Positions 52,082 through 62,567 of a stretch of 64,000 nt of DNA are shown here, in pieces. The translations under genes and the position numbers were made by a program. A model generated the notes under the pieces. That model saw only the letters and a program-made list of their open reading frames with translations. It searched no databases and was not told the origin of the DNA. Each line of letters starts with the position of its first letter. Within the stretch, counting starts at the first letter, position 1. This DNA comes from a virus. The stretch spans positions 32,001 through 96,000 of IMG/VR virus record IMGVR_UViG_3300016471_000517. One strand, 5' to 3'.

Positions 52082-54583
52082 TCAAACAAAGAAAGAATCA
52101 AGCGTAGCCTGTTTACTTATTGACCAATTTATGGCTTGAAGAATATTGTCAAGAGGTTCTTGAAAAGTTTTTTCAAACTGTTTCTTTCGGTCAATATATT
52201 TTTCAAGTTGAAATTGCTTGGGTGGTTTGTTGATAAATCCCATGACAGCATCTCTTCCACTCATTCCATAGGGATTTGGAACTTTAACAAAGACAAACTT
52301 CATCTTATCATTTTCCTTAATGGATTGAATTTCTTTGTCTATGTTTAGTTTCTTTGTATATGAATTGTGCAGCAATGCTGCCTTTGTAGCGATTGGAGTT
52401 CCAGTCTTGTAAATATTTGAACCGTCTTTGTATTTGTTGATACCCTTGACACCCCGAGGAGCTGCGACATCCTCAATAGGCATAATCATAAACGCATCAT
52501 AGAATTCATCCACATAGTCTCGCAACTCCTCGGGGGTTTTTGTCAAGATAATACGAATACAATCTTTTAGCTTGGAACGAACGACTGCTGGTGTGCTACT
52601 TCTTGCAGTTTCAAGACCCATGATTTTTAACTTTGGATCGGCAAACCGAACACCTTCAAGATCTTGCATAAGCAGTGCATATCGCTTTTTGGCAATAAAC
52701 ATTCCAGCAGAAGCAATTGCTTCACGCTTGAAGAAGATCTTATTCTCCGGACAACCCAGAGTATATGCAAGCAGTTCCATCTCTTTTTTAAATTCAGGCT
52801 GGATCTTCTGCTCGCAAACTTGATTGATAAACTCTGTGATATCTGGAATCTTTGTTTTCTTGGAAATTTGTTCCACTATCGGATCTAGATTCAAATATAC
52901 GGAGTCAGTGTCAACTGCGATGACATAGTCTTTGTCAGTTTTAGTAATTTTTTGAATGTACTCATTCATGCAGTTTTCTGCTTTACGAATAATAACTTGT
53001 CCCGTTACTGTAACCGCTGTTGCCAGATGCGGTGCGGAATAAACGAATGCGGGATTGCCCAAACAGCCGTAGAGACTGTTTGCAAGAATTTTTTTAACTG
53101 ACTGACGAATTTTAAGCGCGGCAATGCGTGGCAACAGATCTTGATTCTTTGTCGCTTCGTATTCCCTCTCAAGATCAATCATCTTAGACTTTGCTTCTTT
53201 TCTTTGGTTGAATGTTTTTTCAATAAGAACGGGTATAAATCCCTTTACATTACGAGTGAACATTGAACCATTACAGGCAAGGCAGCATGATCTGCTTTCA
53301 GCATCCTCAATAATATCTGGGATGCTGGCTCTTTTGTTTTTCAAGAAGTCATCAGCATTAAGTGAAGAATCACTATTTTCACAAGTTTCTGGTGAAATAT
53401 TCCATTGCATGATAATGCTGGGATACAGACTTGTAGCATCGAAGCTTACAATGTTTTTGTAGAGACCCGGAGTAACATCCTTTACATAGGCACCAATAAA
53501 TTGATCGTCTTTGGCATAACTCCGTTTTAACGGTGGAATTATGCTCTGTTTAAACAGATAATCACAGCAAATGGTTTCCCAGATGCGTGTTGCAAAGAAA
53601 ACCGTATCAAATGTTATCTTGGCTTCGTATGCAATAGAAACCGCAAGGTCGATCAGTCTGAGCTTATTGTCAAGCTGTTCAACCAAGATTGCATCTTGGA
53701 CGTTATACTCCGCAAACTTTTGAAAATCATTGCGGTAAAACTCCCGAAGTGACCCATACTCGCTGTAATCAAGTTTTTGAGCATCCAGTTCCGCCTTTGC
53801 AATAAAATTTAGAGCGTAACTTTCTTGACTCGTTCCGGAGAACTTTTTGTACAGATCCATGTAATCAAGAATCGTATATCCAGGAAATTCATAGATCTTA
53901 TAGACCTTTCCTCCGATATCCGTTTCCCGCATCTTCATCAAACCAAAAGGCAACCACTCCTGAATTTCCTTCTCGTCAAAGAAGAGTTTAGCCCTACCTA
54001 TTATATAGGGCATATCGAAGAGTTTAATATTCCACCCAGAAATAATGTCAACATCTTCTTTTGCCAAGACTTCAAAGGTTTTTTTGATCAGTTCCTTTTC
54101 TGAACTTGTAAGTATTACTTTACAGTCGGGAAGATCAACTGGCTTTGAAGTTATGACATAAGTAGCACCATCAACCCGAATGCTAATCAGGTTGATTTTT
54201 TCATTCGGGTTGTCCAAATCAGGAAACCCGTCTTCGCTCTCACACTCCAAGTCTAGGTATGCGACTTTGATCTTGGAAAGATCGTATTCCACCTCAGCCT
54301 CATAAGTCTCCATGAGATATTGAGTGAGAAAATCAGTGTTTCCATAAATCGGGCAATCATCTAAATCCCTGTATTGGTCAAGAAACTGTCTGCAATCATA
54401 AAGAGTGTCAAAGATCATACGCTTAACCTTGACACCATTCAGCGACCTATACTTGCTGTCTTTATCTGTTTTGATGTACAGAGAAGGTTTAAACGCAACG
54501 GTGTCCGTAAACCGAACACCATTGCGATAACCTCGGACAAGTATCTTGTTGCCCTTTAGAGCGCAGGCAGTATAAAATTTCAT
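52082..54583 (-). CDS. family B DNA polymerase (T4 gp43-like)
   Basis: DLE exo, FDATSLYPSI, K..ANSLYG, DTDS, KKRY. Confidence 0.97.
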   Translation of the reverse strand: MKFYTACALKGNKILVRGYRNGVRFTDTVAFKPSLYIKTDKDSKYRSLNGVKVKRMIFDTLYDCRQFLDQYRDLDDCPIYGNTDFLTQYLMETYEAEVEYDLSKIKVAYLDLECESEDGFPDLDNPNEKINLISIRVDGATYVITSKPVDLPDCKVILTSSEKELIKKTFEVLAKEDVDIISGWNIKLFDMPYIIGRAKLFFDEKEIQEWLPFGLMKMRETDIGGKVYKIYEFPGYTILDYMDLYKKFSGTSQESYALNFIAKAELDAQKLDYSEYGSLREFYRNDFQKFAEYNVQDAILVEQLDNKLRLIDLAVSIAYEAKITFDTVFFATRIWETICCDYLFKQSIIPPLKRSYAKDDQFIGAYVKDVTPGLYKNIVSFDATSLYPSIIMQWNISPETCENSDSSLNADDFLKNKRASIPDIIEDAESRSCCLACNGSMFTRNVKGFIPVLIEKTFNQRKEAKSKMIDLEREYEATKNQDLLPRIAALKIRQSVKKILANSLYGCLGNPAFVYSAPHLATAVTVTGQVIIRKAENCMNEYIQKITKTDKDYVIAVDTDSVYLNLDPIVEQISKKTKIPDITEFINQVCEQKIQPEFKKEMELLAYTLGCPENKIFFKREAIASAGMFIAKKRYALLMQDLEGVRFADPKLKIMGLETARSSTPAVVRSKLKDCIRIILTKTPEELRDYVDEFYDAFMIMPIEDVAAPRGVKGINKYKDGSNIYKTGTPIATKAALLHNSYTKKLNIDKEIQSIKENDKMKFVFVKVPNPYGMSGRDAVMGFINKPPKQFQLEKYIDRKKQFEKTFQEPLDNILQAINWSISKQATLDSFFV

Positions 54584-54897
54584 TTCTTTGCGTCTTTGTC
54601 CTTAAGCAATCCTGCAAGGATAACACTATAATTGATAATGTCAACGATTGCGTCGTACACGCTCTCGTTTTTCAAACAAAGTTCTCCACGGTTCAAATAA
54701 GTAGAGATTCTTGACATTTTATCCGTCATTCGAATAAGAACCCCGAGTTCTGCTGTTGAAAACCCAAGATATTCCGCTCGTCTGAAGTTCATGAACGGAT
54801 CTGCGGTAGAAGCATAGTCATTGTTCTTTTTTTCCATCAATTCCTTGGCTTCTGTGCAAATTTTAGTATGTAAGGCAAATAGTTCATCTCTAGTCAT
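54580..54897 (-). CDS. DUF1599/nucleotide-modification-associated-like protein
   Basis: KKNNDY...NF...GVLIRMTDKMSR...D..NY. Confidence 0.7.
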   Translation of the reverse strand: MTRDELFALHTKICTEAKELMEKKNNDYASTADPFMNFRRAEYLGFSTAELGVLIRMTDKMSRISTYLNRGELCLKNESVYDAIVDIINYSVILAGLLKDKDAKK

Positions 54898-54969
54898 GGT
54901 TGTTCAATATACCACCTTTTAATGGAGTGTCAAGAATATAAATATTAAGACACATTGGAGTTTACAAAG

Positions 54970-55575
54970 ATGTACCTATCCATGATCGACCCCATTAAAG
55001 TAATAGAAGGCATTTCTCTCGCAGTCATGGGAATTTTGGGCATTGGATGGGGTATTGCAAAATTTTGGAAGTCTAAAGAAAAAACAGATAACTTTATAGA
55101 AATTCATACAGAAATTCATGAATTGCTTACTGAACTTAGAATTAATACTAAAGCCATGCGAGCAAGTATAATTCAATTTCATAATGGAGAATATACGATG
55201 GATGGTATATCAATGCGTAAATTTTCAGTTACGCATGAATCCACTCACAAAGGATATGTTTCTCAGGTGGCGAAATTAAAAGGAAACTTATGTTCAATGT
55301 ATATTCCCTTATTAACCAAGGTTGTAGAAAATAAAAGCACAGTTCATCATATCGCTACTTTTCCAGATAGTTACGTTAAAGGATTTTTTGAAGATGAAAA
55401 TGTATCACAGTATGCTTGTTTGCCGTTAAAAAATAAAGGGGCCAATATAGGGTTTATATTAATTCAATGGCATCAAGATTTTAAAATTTTAAGCGAAAAC
55501 CAAGAATCTGCAATTAAAATTTTTGAACATTTGCGTGATTCTATAGAAATTCAATTATCTCAACAAAGGAACTAA
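54970..55575 (+). CDS. N-terminal TM plus GAF-like domain protein (holin T-like layout)
   Basis: one TM, then QFHNG...KFS.THE; TATAAATA at 54937-54944. Confidence 0.6.
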   Translation: MYLSMIDPIKVIEGISLAVMGILGIGWGIAKFWKSKEKTDNFIEIHTEIHELLTELRINTKAMRASIIQFHNGEYTMDGISMRKFSVTHESTHKGYVSQVAKLKGNLCSMYIPLLTKVVENKSTVHHIATFPDSYVKGFFEDENVSQYACLPLKNKGANIGFILIQWHQDFKILSENQESAIKIFEHLRDSIEIQLSQQRN

Positions 55576-55576
55576 T

Positions 55577-56011
55577 ATGCCTACAGAATTAATATCTTTG
55601 CTTGGTGGAGGAGTCACGGGATTCCTATTCCGTTACTGGGCGCAAAGAGCCCAAGACCAAAAAGACATGTTTAAAATGGCTATTGAGGCCAACAAACAAA
55701 CAACAGATAACCAAGATAAAGCAGCCCAACGAGTGCCACTTGACGTAGGCAAAGGAGTGAGACAGTTAATAGTTCTAGCATGCCTTTTTGCAGTCGTTGC
55801 GGCACCATTTGTCCTTCCATTCTTTGGAATTTCAACATTTGCAGAGTTTACTCAAAAGCAACCTGAAAGTTTCTTTGGTTTGATTCCAGAAACAACTCGT
55901 AAATATTTTGTGGAAATTCCCGGATATTTATTTGCTGAAGAGAACCGTCAAGTTTTATTAGCGGTCGTCGGGTTCTACTTCGGCACAGCAGCAGGAGGAA
56001 ATAAATCATGA
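55577..56011 (+). CDS. putative holin-like membrane protein
   Basis: three hydrophobic segments, C-terminal GFYFG. Confidence 0.6.
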   Translation: MPTELISLLGGGVTGFLFRYWAQRAQDQKDMFKMAIEANKQTTDNQDKAAQRVPLDVGKGVRQLIVLACLFAVVAAPFVLPFFGISTFAEFTQKQPESFFGLIPETTRKYFVEIPGYLFAEENRQVLLAVVGFYFGTAAGGNKS

Positions 56012-56274
56012 AATATCTTCTAGCACTACTTTTTCTGGCCTCCTGCACAACACCACAGATTGTTTCTCCTTTAGACAAACAAGGAAACCCAATTCATAGT
56101 GTATTGAAGGAACCATTCTTTGGCACACCAAGCCAAGCATCAGAATGGAGCTTTTGGTATGTTATAATTTGCGCAGTTGTATTCTGGTTTGCTTGGAAAG
56201 AATTTAAATCAATCAAGTGGCCCAAGAAGAAATCAGAATCTTCCGGTACTTCCGAACCCACCGACTCGGTTTGA
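56008..56274 (+). CDS. lipoprotein with C-terminal TM (u-spanin-like)
   Basis: MKYLLALLFLAS-C lipobox; WSFWYVIICAVVFWFAW. Confidence 0.6.
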   Translation: MKYLLALLFLASCTTPQIVSPLDKQGNPIHSVLKEPFFGTPSQASEWSFWYVIICAVVFWFAWKEFKSIKWPKKKSESSGTSEPTDSV

Positions 56275-56748
56275 TTTCTGGGTAGGAAGTTCCCAAGTTT
56301 CTTCAATATCTGCCTGTTCATAACGAACTAGTTCACCTTGAGCGATTCTGTCGCCATGATAGATTTTCATAATTTCATCTGAAGTATTGAGAACGATGAT
56401 TTGAGTTTCATTGACATAATCTTCGTCAATCACTCCTTCACAATTTGCCAAGACCAAACCATACTTCAAAGCCATACCAGACCTTGGATGAAGTCTTATA
56501 GAATAACCTTCCGGGATATCGAAAATGAGACCTGTGGGAATTAGGGCTCTTTCCTGTGGAACAATGGTTATGTAATTTTTACCATTTTCTCCATCATGCT
56601 GAACATCATAGTCTTTTTGGGTTTTACCTGCCCAGATTCTTACAGTTGAAGCAGCTGGAAGATAAGCAGCCAAATCAAAGCAGGCTGCTTTACGGGTTTG
56701 ATAATTTGGAATTTGTGCGTCTGGAAAGATCTTATAAACTTTTAGCAT
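56233..56748 (-). CDS. dut: trimeric dUTPase
   Basis: ACFDL, PRSG, GVIDEDY, GDRIAQ, R.GGFGSTG; leaderless promoter 56755-56782. Confidence 0.95.
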   Translation of the reverse strand: MLKVYKIFPDAQIPNYQTRKAACFDLAAYLPAASTVRIWAGKTQKDYDVQHDGENGKNYITIVPQERALIPTGLIFDIPEGYSIRLHPRSGMALKYGLVLANCEGVIDEDYVNETQIIVLNTSDEIMKIYHGDRIAQGELVRYEQADIEETWELPTQKSNRVGGFGSTGRF

Positions 56749-56771
56749 ACAGATATTATACTACAAAAAAG

Positions 56772-56981
56772 TTAAAAGTCAACTGGATCTACTTCTTCAA
56801 ATAATGTCGAAACCAAATAAGGCATAATTCTTCCACTGCTCAAACTTTGAACTATGCATCTCGTATTATCTTGGGCAATTAATCCAAAGTATATGAATCT
56901 TTCATTTTCAGGAAAGTCAAACATTTTTGATTCTTGGCATTGTGGGTCAGAAAATTTTACGATAGATAAAAATCTTGGCAT
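56772..56981 (-). CDS. small hypothetical protein
   Basis: AAGGA RBS. Confidence 0.55.
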   Translation of the reverse strand: MPRFLSIVKFSDPQCQESKMFDFPENERFIYFGLIAQDNTRCIVQSLSSGRIMPYLVSTLFEEVDPVDF

Positions 56982-56990
56982 TTTTTTCCT

Positions 56991-57878
56991 TTAACTATAG
57001 AGTAGTATTTCTCTTGTAAGTGGTCTTCTTATTCTTGCGCCTATATAATCCATAAGAATTTTTGGAGATACACCCGGATATCCTGCACCACCACCTATTC
57101 CAAGATTAATCCAAAAAATAGTCATGTAATCAGAGTTTCCTGTTGGATAATGCGAATTACTAGATGGAGATGCGGTTCCTGATGTTTTTACAGAATCTGT
57201 TTTGTTGTTTATTGAATAAGTAGTTATAAAATTTCCAGCAGAATCTTGTTCTATTCCAAGATACAGTTGATAAATTTTTTGAAACTCTACTAAAACTCCA
57301 GTATCGTATGAACTACTCGTTCCATCTTTACGCCAAACAATATTCCATGTGGTATTTATTGGTGTACTGTCTACAAAGTATCCTAATTCGGGATCACTAA
57401 CACCATTCACCCAAAATTGAAAATAAACTCCATCACTTGGAGATGATGCACTATTTGCAAAACCAAATCTAAAATAACCATACTGAACCGCAGAACCGTA
57501 TATATTATTTGTTACAAATATTGCTGTTTCTGCTTCATATTTGGTTTTTAAACCAGAAGAAGGTTGTATTAATCCCGGTATATGAATTCCACTTGTTTGA
57601 ATTATTTGAAACGCACTTGGAGTTGAAGTTCCATCCATACTAAGAATTCCATGACCATTTGATTGTCCATATTCTGTTGTATTTGCTGCAGTTCTTGAAA
57701 TTGTGCTGTTTAATTGACTTAGATAAAACGGTGTTCCATCAATTCCTGGACCATTGTTTGAAGTAGCAACACCTTGTACAAAATCTGTAAAATATAACAA
57801 ATCTAATTGATTTGGATTTTCACTCTGAGAGGTATTTGATAATATAGGATCATTTAATGATGTTGCTGAATATGCCAT
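56991..57878 (-). CDS. beta-rich tail-associated protein, paralog 1
   Basis: QSENP.QLD, DGVYF.F, DY.G.RIRR.L.REILLYS. Confidence 0.7.
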   Translation of the reverse strand: MAYSATSLNDPILSNTSQSENPNQLDLLYFTDFVQGVATSNNGPGIDGTPFYLSQLNSTISRTAANTTEYGQSNGHGILSMDGTSTPSAFQIIQTSGIHIPGLIQPSSGLKTKYEAETAIFVTNNIYGSAVQYGYFRFGFANSASSPSDGVYFQFWVNGVSDPELGYFVDSTPINTTWNIVWRKDGTSSSYDTGVLVEFQKIYQLYLGIEQDSAGNFITTYSINNKTDSVKTSGTASPSSNSHYPTGNSDYMTIFWINLGIGGGAGYPGVSPKILMDYIGARIRRPLTREILLYS

Positions 57879-57879
57879 A

Positions 57880-58743
57880 TTAAGAATACAACAGAATTTC
57901 TCTGTTCAACTCCCTTCTTATTCTACAACCCATATAATCTAAAAACAACAATCTTGCAGTTGTAGACGTTGTTGTAATTTTTGAATTTGTCCAAACCATT
58001 CCCATGTAATCTGCTGATCCTGTTGGATAATGAGATGAACTTGATGGCGATGCTGTTCCCTCTACCGAAGAGTTATCAGTAACATTTTTAACTTTATAAG
58101 TTGTAGTAATAGTACCAGCACTATTAACTTCCACACAAAGATAAAGTCTATATGTTTTACTGGCTGAAACCGTAAGTGTAGTATCTGCTCTTGACTGTGT
58201 TCCATCTTTTCGAAATACTATATTCCATGTTGTATCCGTTGTAGTTCCGTCACAAAGAAATTCAAAATAAACTCCATCAGCAGAAACAGTATTAGTTATG
58301 CTACTTTGTAGCCCAAAACGATAAAATCCTCTGTTTGTTGTTGGTGAGTCTCCGTGTATTGTAGAATCAGTTCTTACCAAAGTTTCTACTTCATACTTTG
58401 ATATTTTTCCCGAGCCGGGTGTAGATAAACCGGGAATAATAAATGGACTGGTATATACTACAGTATAACCTGTAGCATTGCTCGTTGTTCCTGTAGATAT
58501 TGATATAACTCCAGAACAAGCGGTTATTCCAAAAGCTTCTATATGGGCTTGAGTATTATTTGTTATCGCTCCACCGTTTGCTGTTGCAGCATATATAACT
58601 CCACCCTGAGCAGGAATTGTTGCTGAAGTGGCAATTCCTTGACTAAAATCCGTAAAAATAATTGTATCTAGTTGAGAAGGATTTTCTGATTGTGCAACGC
58701 CGGGAAGAACGTAATCATTTGGGCTATATGAACTGTAAGCCAT
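57880..58743 (-). CDS. beta-rich tail-associated protein, paralog 2
   Basis: same motifs as neighbour. Confidence 0.7.
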   Translation of the reverse strand: MAYSSYSPNDYVLPGVAQSENPSQLDTIIFTDFSQGIATSATIPAQGGVIYAATANGGAITNNTQAHIEAFGITACSGVISISTGTTSNATGYTVVYTSPFIIPGLSTPGSGKISKYEVETLVRTDSTIHGDSPTTNRGFYRFGLQSSITNTVSADGVYFEFLCDGTTTDTTWNIVFRKDGTQSRADTTLTVSASKTYRLYLCVEVNSAGTITTTYKVKNVTDNSSVEGTASPSSSSHYPTGSADYMGMVWTNSKITTTSTTARLLFLDYMGCRIRRELNREILLYS

Positions 58744-58753
58744 AGTTTCTCCG

Positions 58754-60373
58754 TTATATTATAAACCAATTAGAGTTATCGCTTAACAAATCAATTGCTT
58801 GATATTGTTTTGACAAAGCATAAGCAGTAACACCATCTATTGTTTGCGATGAAGTTGTTAAAACTGTTAGTATTCCGATATTGGAATTTTTAACTGTATA
58901 TCTATTTGTGTTGCTAACTGCCGTGGGGAGAGTTAAATTTATATTTCCAGATGTATTTCCATTATACACATAATCTATATTTGCAGTAGAACCTGCTGTA
59001 GTAGATGACGTTATTGTGTTTATTGAACGAGAAAAACCACCACTTGCAGTAGAAGCAATTGTTAAAGTAAGACCGGATGGTGTTATTGTTATATTTGATC
59101 CGGCAGCAATATTTACTGCTCCAGTAATTCCGTTTATAGAATTTACTAATTTTCCTATTATATTTCCTGCAAAAGTTGCAGTAACTCCAGCCAAAAATGG
59201 AACACTAGAAAAAACTACATTTGAATCAATCTCAAGTGCCAAAACATCTTTTGGTCTTATAAGTATAGAACCGCCCACTTGACCCGAAGAAATATATTGT
59301 GTAGAAAGAATTAAATTGTTAACAAAATATCCACCATCATCCGATGCTCCAACTGCTTTAATAACTGCACTCGCAGCTTCATCATATCCAACTTCATTAT
59401 TAGGATATATTTCTATTCCATATGTTGATAATTCAGATGGATTTATACTATTCTGTGGTTGTAGTACTCTTAATCCGGGTGCACTTGTATTATAGGTATC
59501 AACTGTTATTATTGAAGTATTGTTCAATAAAATAGATCCACTTGCACTTATTCCTGCACTACAATTTATTCTTCCACCAAATGTCGCGGTGGAACCTTGA
59601 AAAGATCCCGCGAGAGTCATTCCACCAGCAGCACTAATCCCCGCAGTGAATCTTGTGAGTGCGCTGAAAGTTCCTCCTGCTGCACTGATTCCCGCAGCAA
59701 AGTTTGTCAGGGCATTAAATGTCTTTGTTCCACCAAATGTTTGAGTTCCAGAAAGCCCTGCAAGAGTTGTTGTAATATTTGGTAAAGTTACAACTTGACC
59801 TTGAGGATTAAAATCAAGAGTTGATTGATTTAATCCATTTGTCCAAATAATATCATTTGCAACCGGATCAATCGTAACGCCCGCGCTATTTAAAGTGTCA
59901 TAAATTCCAAATACAGCTCCAGATGCATTAATTGTTTGTGGGGCACTAAAATTGTTGTCAATATTTTTGCGAGCAACATTCGTAATTGCACCAGTAGTCC
60001 CATCAATACTCAAAACACCAGTATTCGAAACAGTCAGAGTGTTTCCAGAGACAGACAGACCGATTCCAGAGCCATTGGTAATGCCAACAGCACCAGTAAG
60101 ACCGCGAATAGAAATGACATAATCACCCACTGGACCAGTGTTTCCTTGAGGACCTGTGGCACCTGTTGCCCCAGTGTTTCCTTGCGGACCAGTTGCTCCT
60201 GTTGCTCCTGTTGCTCCTGTAGGACCAGTGGCTCCAGTGTTTCCTTGAGGACCCGTTGGACCCGTATTTCCACTACTATAAACATCCCAAGCAGTACCGT
60301 TAAAAATCCACGAACGACCACCAAAGGTATAAATTTCGTTGAGTGTCGGTGATGTTGGAAAATCTAGTGGCAT
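58754..60373 (-). CDS. tail fibre protein with collagen-like segment
   Basis: MPLDFPTSP...W.FNGTAW N-terminus, GPT/GAT repeats, S.NG.TGAV repeats. Confidence 0.8.
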   Translation of the reverse strand: MPLDFPTSPTLNEIYTFGGRSWIFNGTAWDVYSSGNTGPTGPQGNTGATGPTGATGATGATGPQGNTGATGATGPQGNTGPVGDYVISIRGLTGAVGITNGSGIGLSVSGNTLTVSNTGVLSIDGTTGAITNVARKNIDNNFSAPQTINASGAVFGIYDTLNSAGVTIDPVANDIIWTNGLNQSTLDFNPQGQVVTLPNITTTLAGLSGTQTFGGTKTFNALTNFAAGISAAGGTFSALTRFTAGISAAGGMTLAGSFQGSTATFGGRINCSAGISASGSILLNNTSIITVDTYNTSAPGLRVLQPQNSINPSELSTYGIEIYPNNEVGYDEAASAVIKAVGASDDGGYFVNNLILSTQYISSGQVGGSILIRPKDVLALEIDSNVVFSSVPFLAGVTATFAGNIIGKLVNSINGITGAVNIAAGSNITITPSGLTLTIASTASGGFSRSINTITSSTTAGSTANIDYVYNGNTSGNINLTLPTAVSNTNRYTVKNSNIGILTVLTTSSQTIDGVTAYALSKQYQAIDLLSDNSNWFII

Positions 60374-60388
60374 ATGTTAATATTTATC

Positions 60389-60601
60389 TCATTTACGGGT
60401 TATCTGCTGATTTCTTCCCAATCCACCGTTTGCATTAAATCCTGCGGTTGCCCCTCCAGTTGCTCCAGTTGACCATAAGCCGTTATCACGATAACGGTGA
60501 GAAGAGTCGAAGAGAGTAAATGGTTCCGATACACGCAATCTCTCAAAGGAATCTTTTGCTGTTGGTACAAACCCCGTTTGATTGTTAAAAAGATAACTCA
60601 T
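60389..60601 (-). pseudogene. apparently truncated structural gene
   Basis: DSFERLRVSEPFTLFDSSHRY motif, usually the start of a much longer phage protein. Confidence 0.5.
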
Positions 60602-62541
60602 ATTATTCTCCATCCATTTCTGTAAATGAAATGTAACCCGGCATTGTCTAGATTAATTATAGCTGAATTTTGATTGTCAATTGTGTGTGCTGCGGTGGCT
60701 CCCACAATAGTAATTTGACGGGAGACTCCACCACCCGCATTTCCTGATTCGTCTTTTACCACTATTTCTCTCCCGGTTTCTGGGTTGGCTGGAAGTGTTA
60801 TTGTTGCTGGTCCAGCATAACTTACACCGATGTAATAATCTGTGGGCAGTGCTGCGTAAGTGGCACCTGTTACAGCGGTGGTTGCAAGAATTGATATTGA
60901 AGTTGTGCTAGATCCACCAGTATTTGTTGGTTGCACCCATTGATTCGAATTTCCATCATTTATGTAAATATATTCAATTCCATTATCCGAATCCATCCAC
61001 CTATCGCCCAAAGTTGCACCAGATGGTGCCGTAGTATTATATGTAAATTTGAGTGAAGCTGTTCCTTGAGTTGTTCCATTTGGAAATTCAACATATCCTG
61101 GTCCAGAATTTTGAGTTAATTTTAAAATTGCAGGAACTTCAAGAGCATTTGTATCCGAATCATATTTAAGATCTGTAGCGAATTCAAGATCATTTCCTGC
61201 ACTATTTGCAAACTGCAATGATCCAACAGTACCTTTTACTGATATGTTGCTACCACCAGCAATATTTACAGTAATATCTTTACCAGTTCTGTTTACCGTT
61301 ACACCATTACCAGTAAAATTTATATCATTTACAGATTTTAAAACATAATTTCCATTTTCTTTAATACCGACTGCTCCGCCGCCAGACGAAGACATTGAGT
61401 AAAGTTTATTTATTACATTTTGAATATCTTTACTTCCAATGTCTTTTAAAACTTTTGTAAATTTTTCAGATTCAAAATACAAAGTTCCATTTTCTAATTT
61501 TAATGGATATTCGGTTTTAATTACTGGGGTTTCTCCAGCATCCCCTTTTGGTCCACGTGGACCAATTGGACCATCGTTTCCAGGATCACCTTTTGGACCC
61601 TGTATTCCCTGCGGACCTGGTAGACCTTGGAGCCCACTTTCTCCTCGTTCTCCTTTTTCTCCGCGTTCTCCTTGTTCTCCGCGTTCTCCTTGTTCTCCGC
61701 GTTCTCCTTTGGGACCCTGTATTCCCGAATCACCTTTTGGACCCGGAATTCCCTGGTCTCCTCTTTCTCCTTTTAATCCCTGAGGTCCCTGTTTTCCTTC
61801 AACTCCTTGTGGTCCTTCTGGCCCCATGGGACCAATAGGTCCGACTGATCCATTTTTTCCAGATTCCCCCCTCTCTCCTCTATCTCCTTTTGCTCCCCTT
61901 GGACCAACATCTCCTTTGGGGCCCATTGGTCCAATTTGTCCGGCCTTGCCTTCGGGCCCCTGTAAACCAGTTTCACCTCTATCTCCCTTTATTCCTTGAG
62001 AACCTACGACGGGAATTGATTCTTTTATTATTACTTTTTCAATTACTTCAATTTTTGGTTTAGTAATTATTTTTTTTGATTCTTTTGGTTCTTTGTTTTC
62101 TATTACTTCTTCAAATAAATTTTTAATTTGGTTAGAATTACCATATAGTTTTATTATTTTATTATTAAATTTTTGTATAAAATAATGTTCGCTTACTCCA
62201 TGCCCCAATTGATATTTTTCATCGTAATTACAAGAAGATATTTCTTTTAATAAAGCATTTTGTAATATATTACCAAAAGGACGTTTAGCTCTATACACTC
62301 TTCCTTTTAAAAAATTATAACTCATATTTGGTGCAAAATATTCTTTAATTTTTGAAGAGTTACCTTCAATTAAATATTCTTCACCTTCTTCATTTTTTAA
62401 ATAAAGTTGAGTTATTCCAGATCCGATCTTAATTTTTTTGGGATTTACTGCATTTTCAATAATGTGATAATCACAACCTAGCAGCAATTCTGGGTGCTGT
62501 TTGACTAATTTTAAGGATGTTTTGTTCTTTCCGAAGAACAT
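60598..62541 (-). CDS. collagen-like fibre protein
   Basis: about 50 Gly-X-Y triplets; fibre-type C-terminal domains. Confidence 0.85.
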   Translation of the reverse strand: MFFGKNKTSLKLVKQHPELLLGCDYHIIENAVNPKKIKIGSGITQLYLKNEEGEEYLIEGNSSKIKEYFAPNMSYNFLKGRVYRAKRPFGNILQNALLKEISSCNYDEKYQLGHGVSEHYFIQKFNNKIIKLYGNSNQIKNLFEEVIENKEPKESKKIITKPKIEVIEKVIIKESIPVVGSQGIKGDRGETGLQGPEGKAGQIGPMGPKGDVGPRGAKGDRGERGESGKNGSVGPIGPMGPEGPQGVEGKQGPQGLKGERGDQGIPGPKGDSGIQGPKGERGEQGERGEQGERGEKGERGESGLQGLPGPQGIQGPKGDPGNDGPIGPRGPKGDAGETPVIKTEYPLKLENGTLYFESEKFTKVLKDIGSKDIQNVINKLYSMSSSGGGAVGIKENGNYVLKSVNDINFTGNGVTVNRTGKDITVNIAGGSNISVKGTVGSLQFANSAGNDLEFATDLKYDSDTNALEVPAILKLTQNSGPGYVEFPNGTTQGTASLKFTYNTTAPSGATLGDRWMDSDNGIEYIYINDGNSNQWVQPTNTGGSSTTSISILATTAVTGATYAALPTDYYIGVSYAGPATITLPANPETGREIVVKDESGNAGGGVSRQITIVGATAAHTIDNQNSAIINLDNAGLHFIYRNGWRII

Positions 62542-62567
62542 TATTTTTTGTTAACTTTGTATGTAAT

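Noticed and set aside
44955-54583. Introns or inteins in nrdJ, helicase, uvsX or polymerase
   Set aside because: Continuous ORFs of ordinary length with no splicing motifs.
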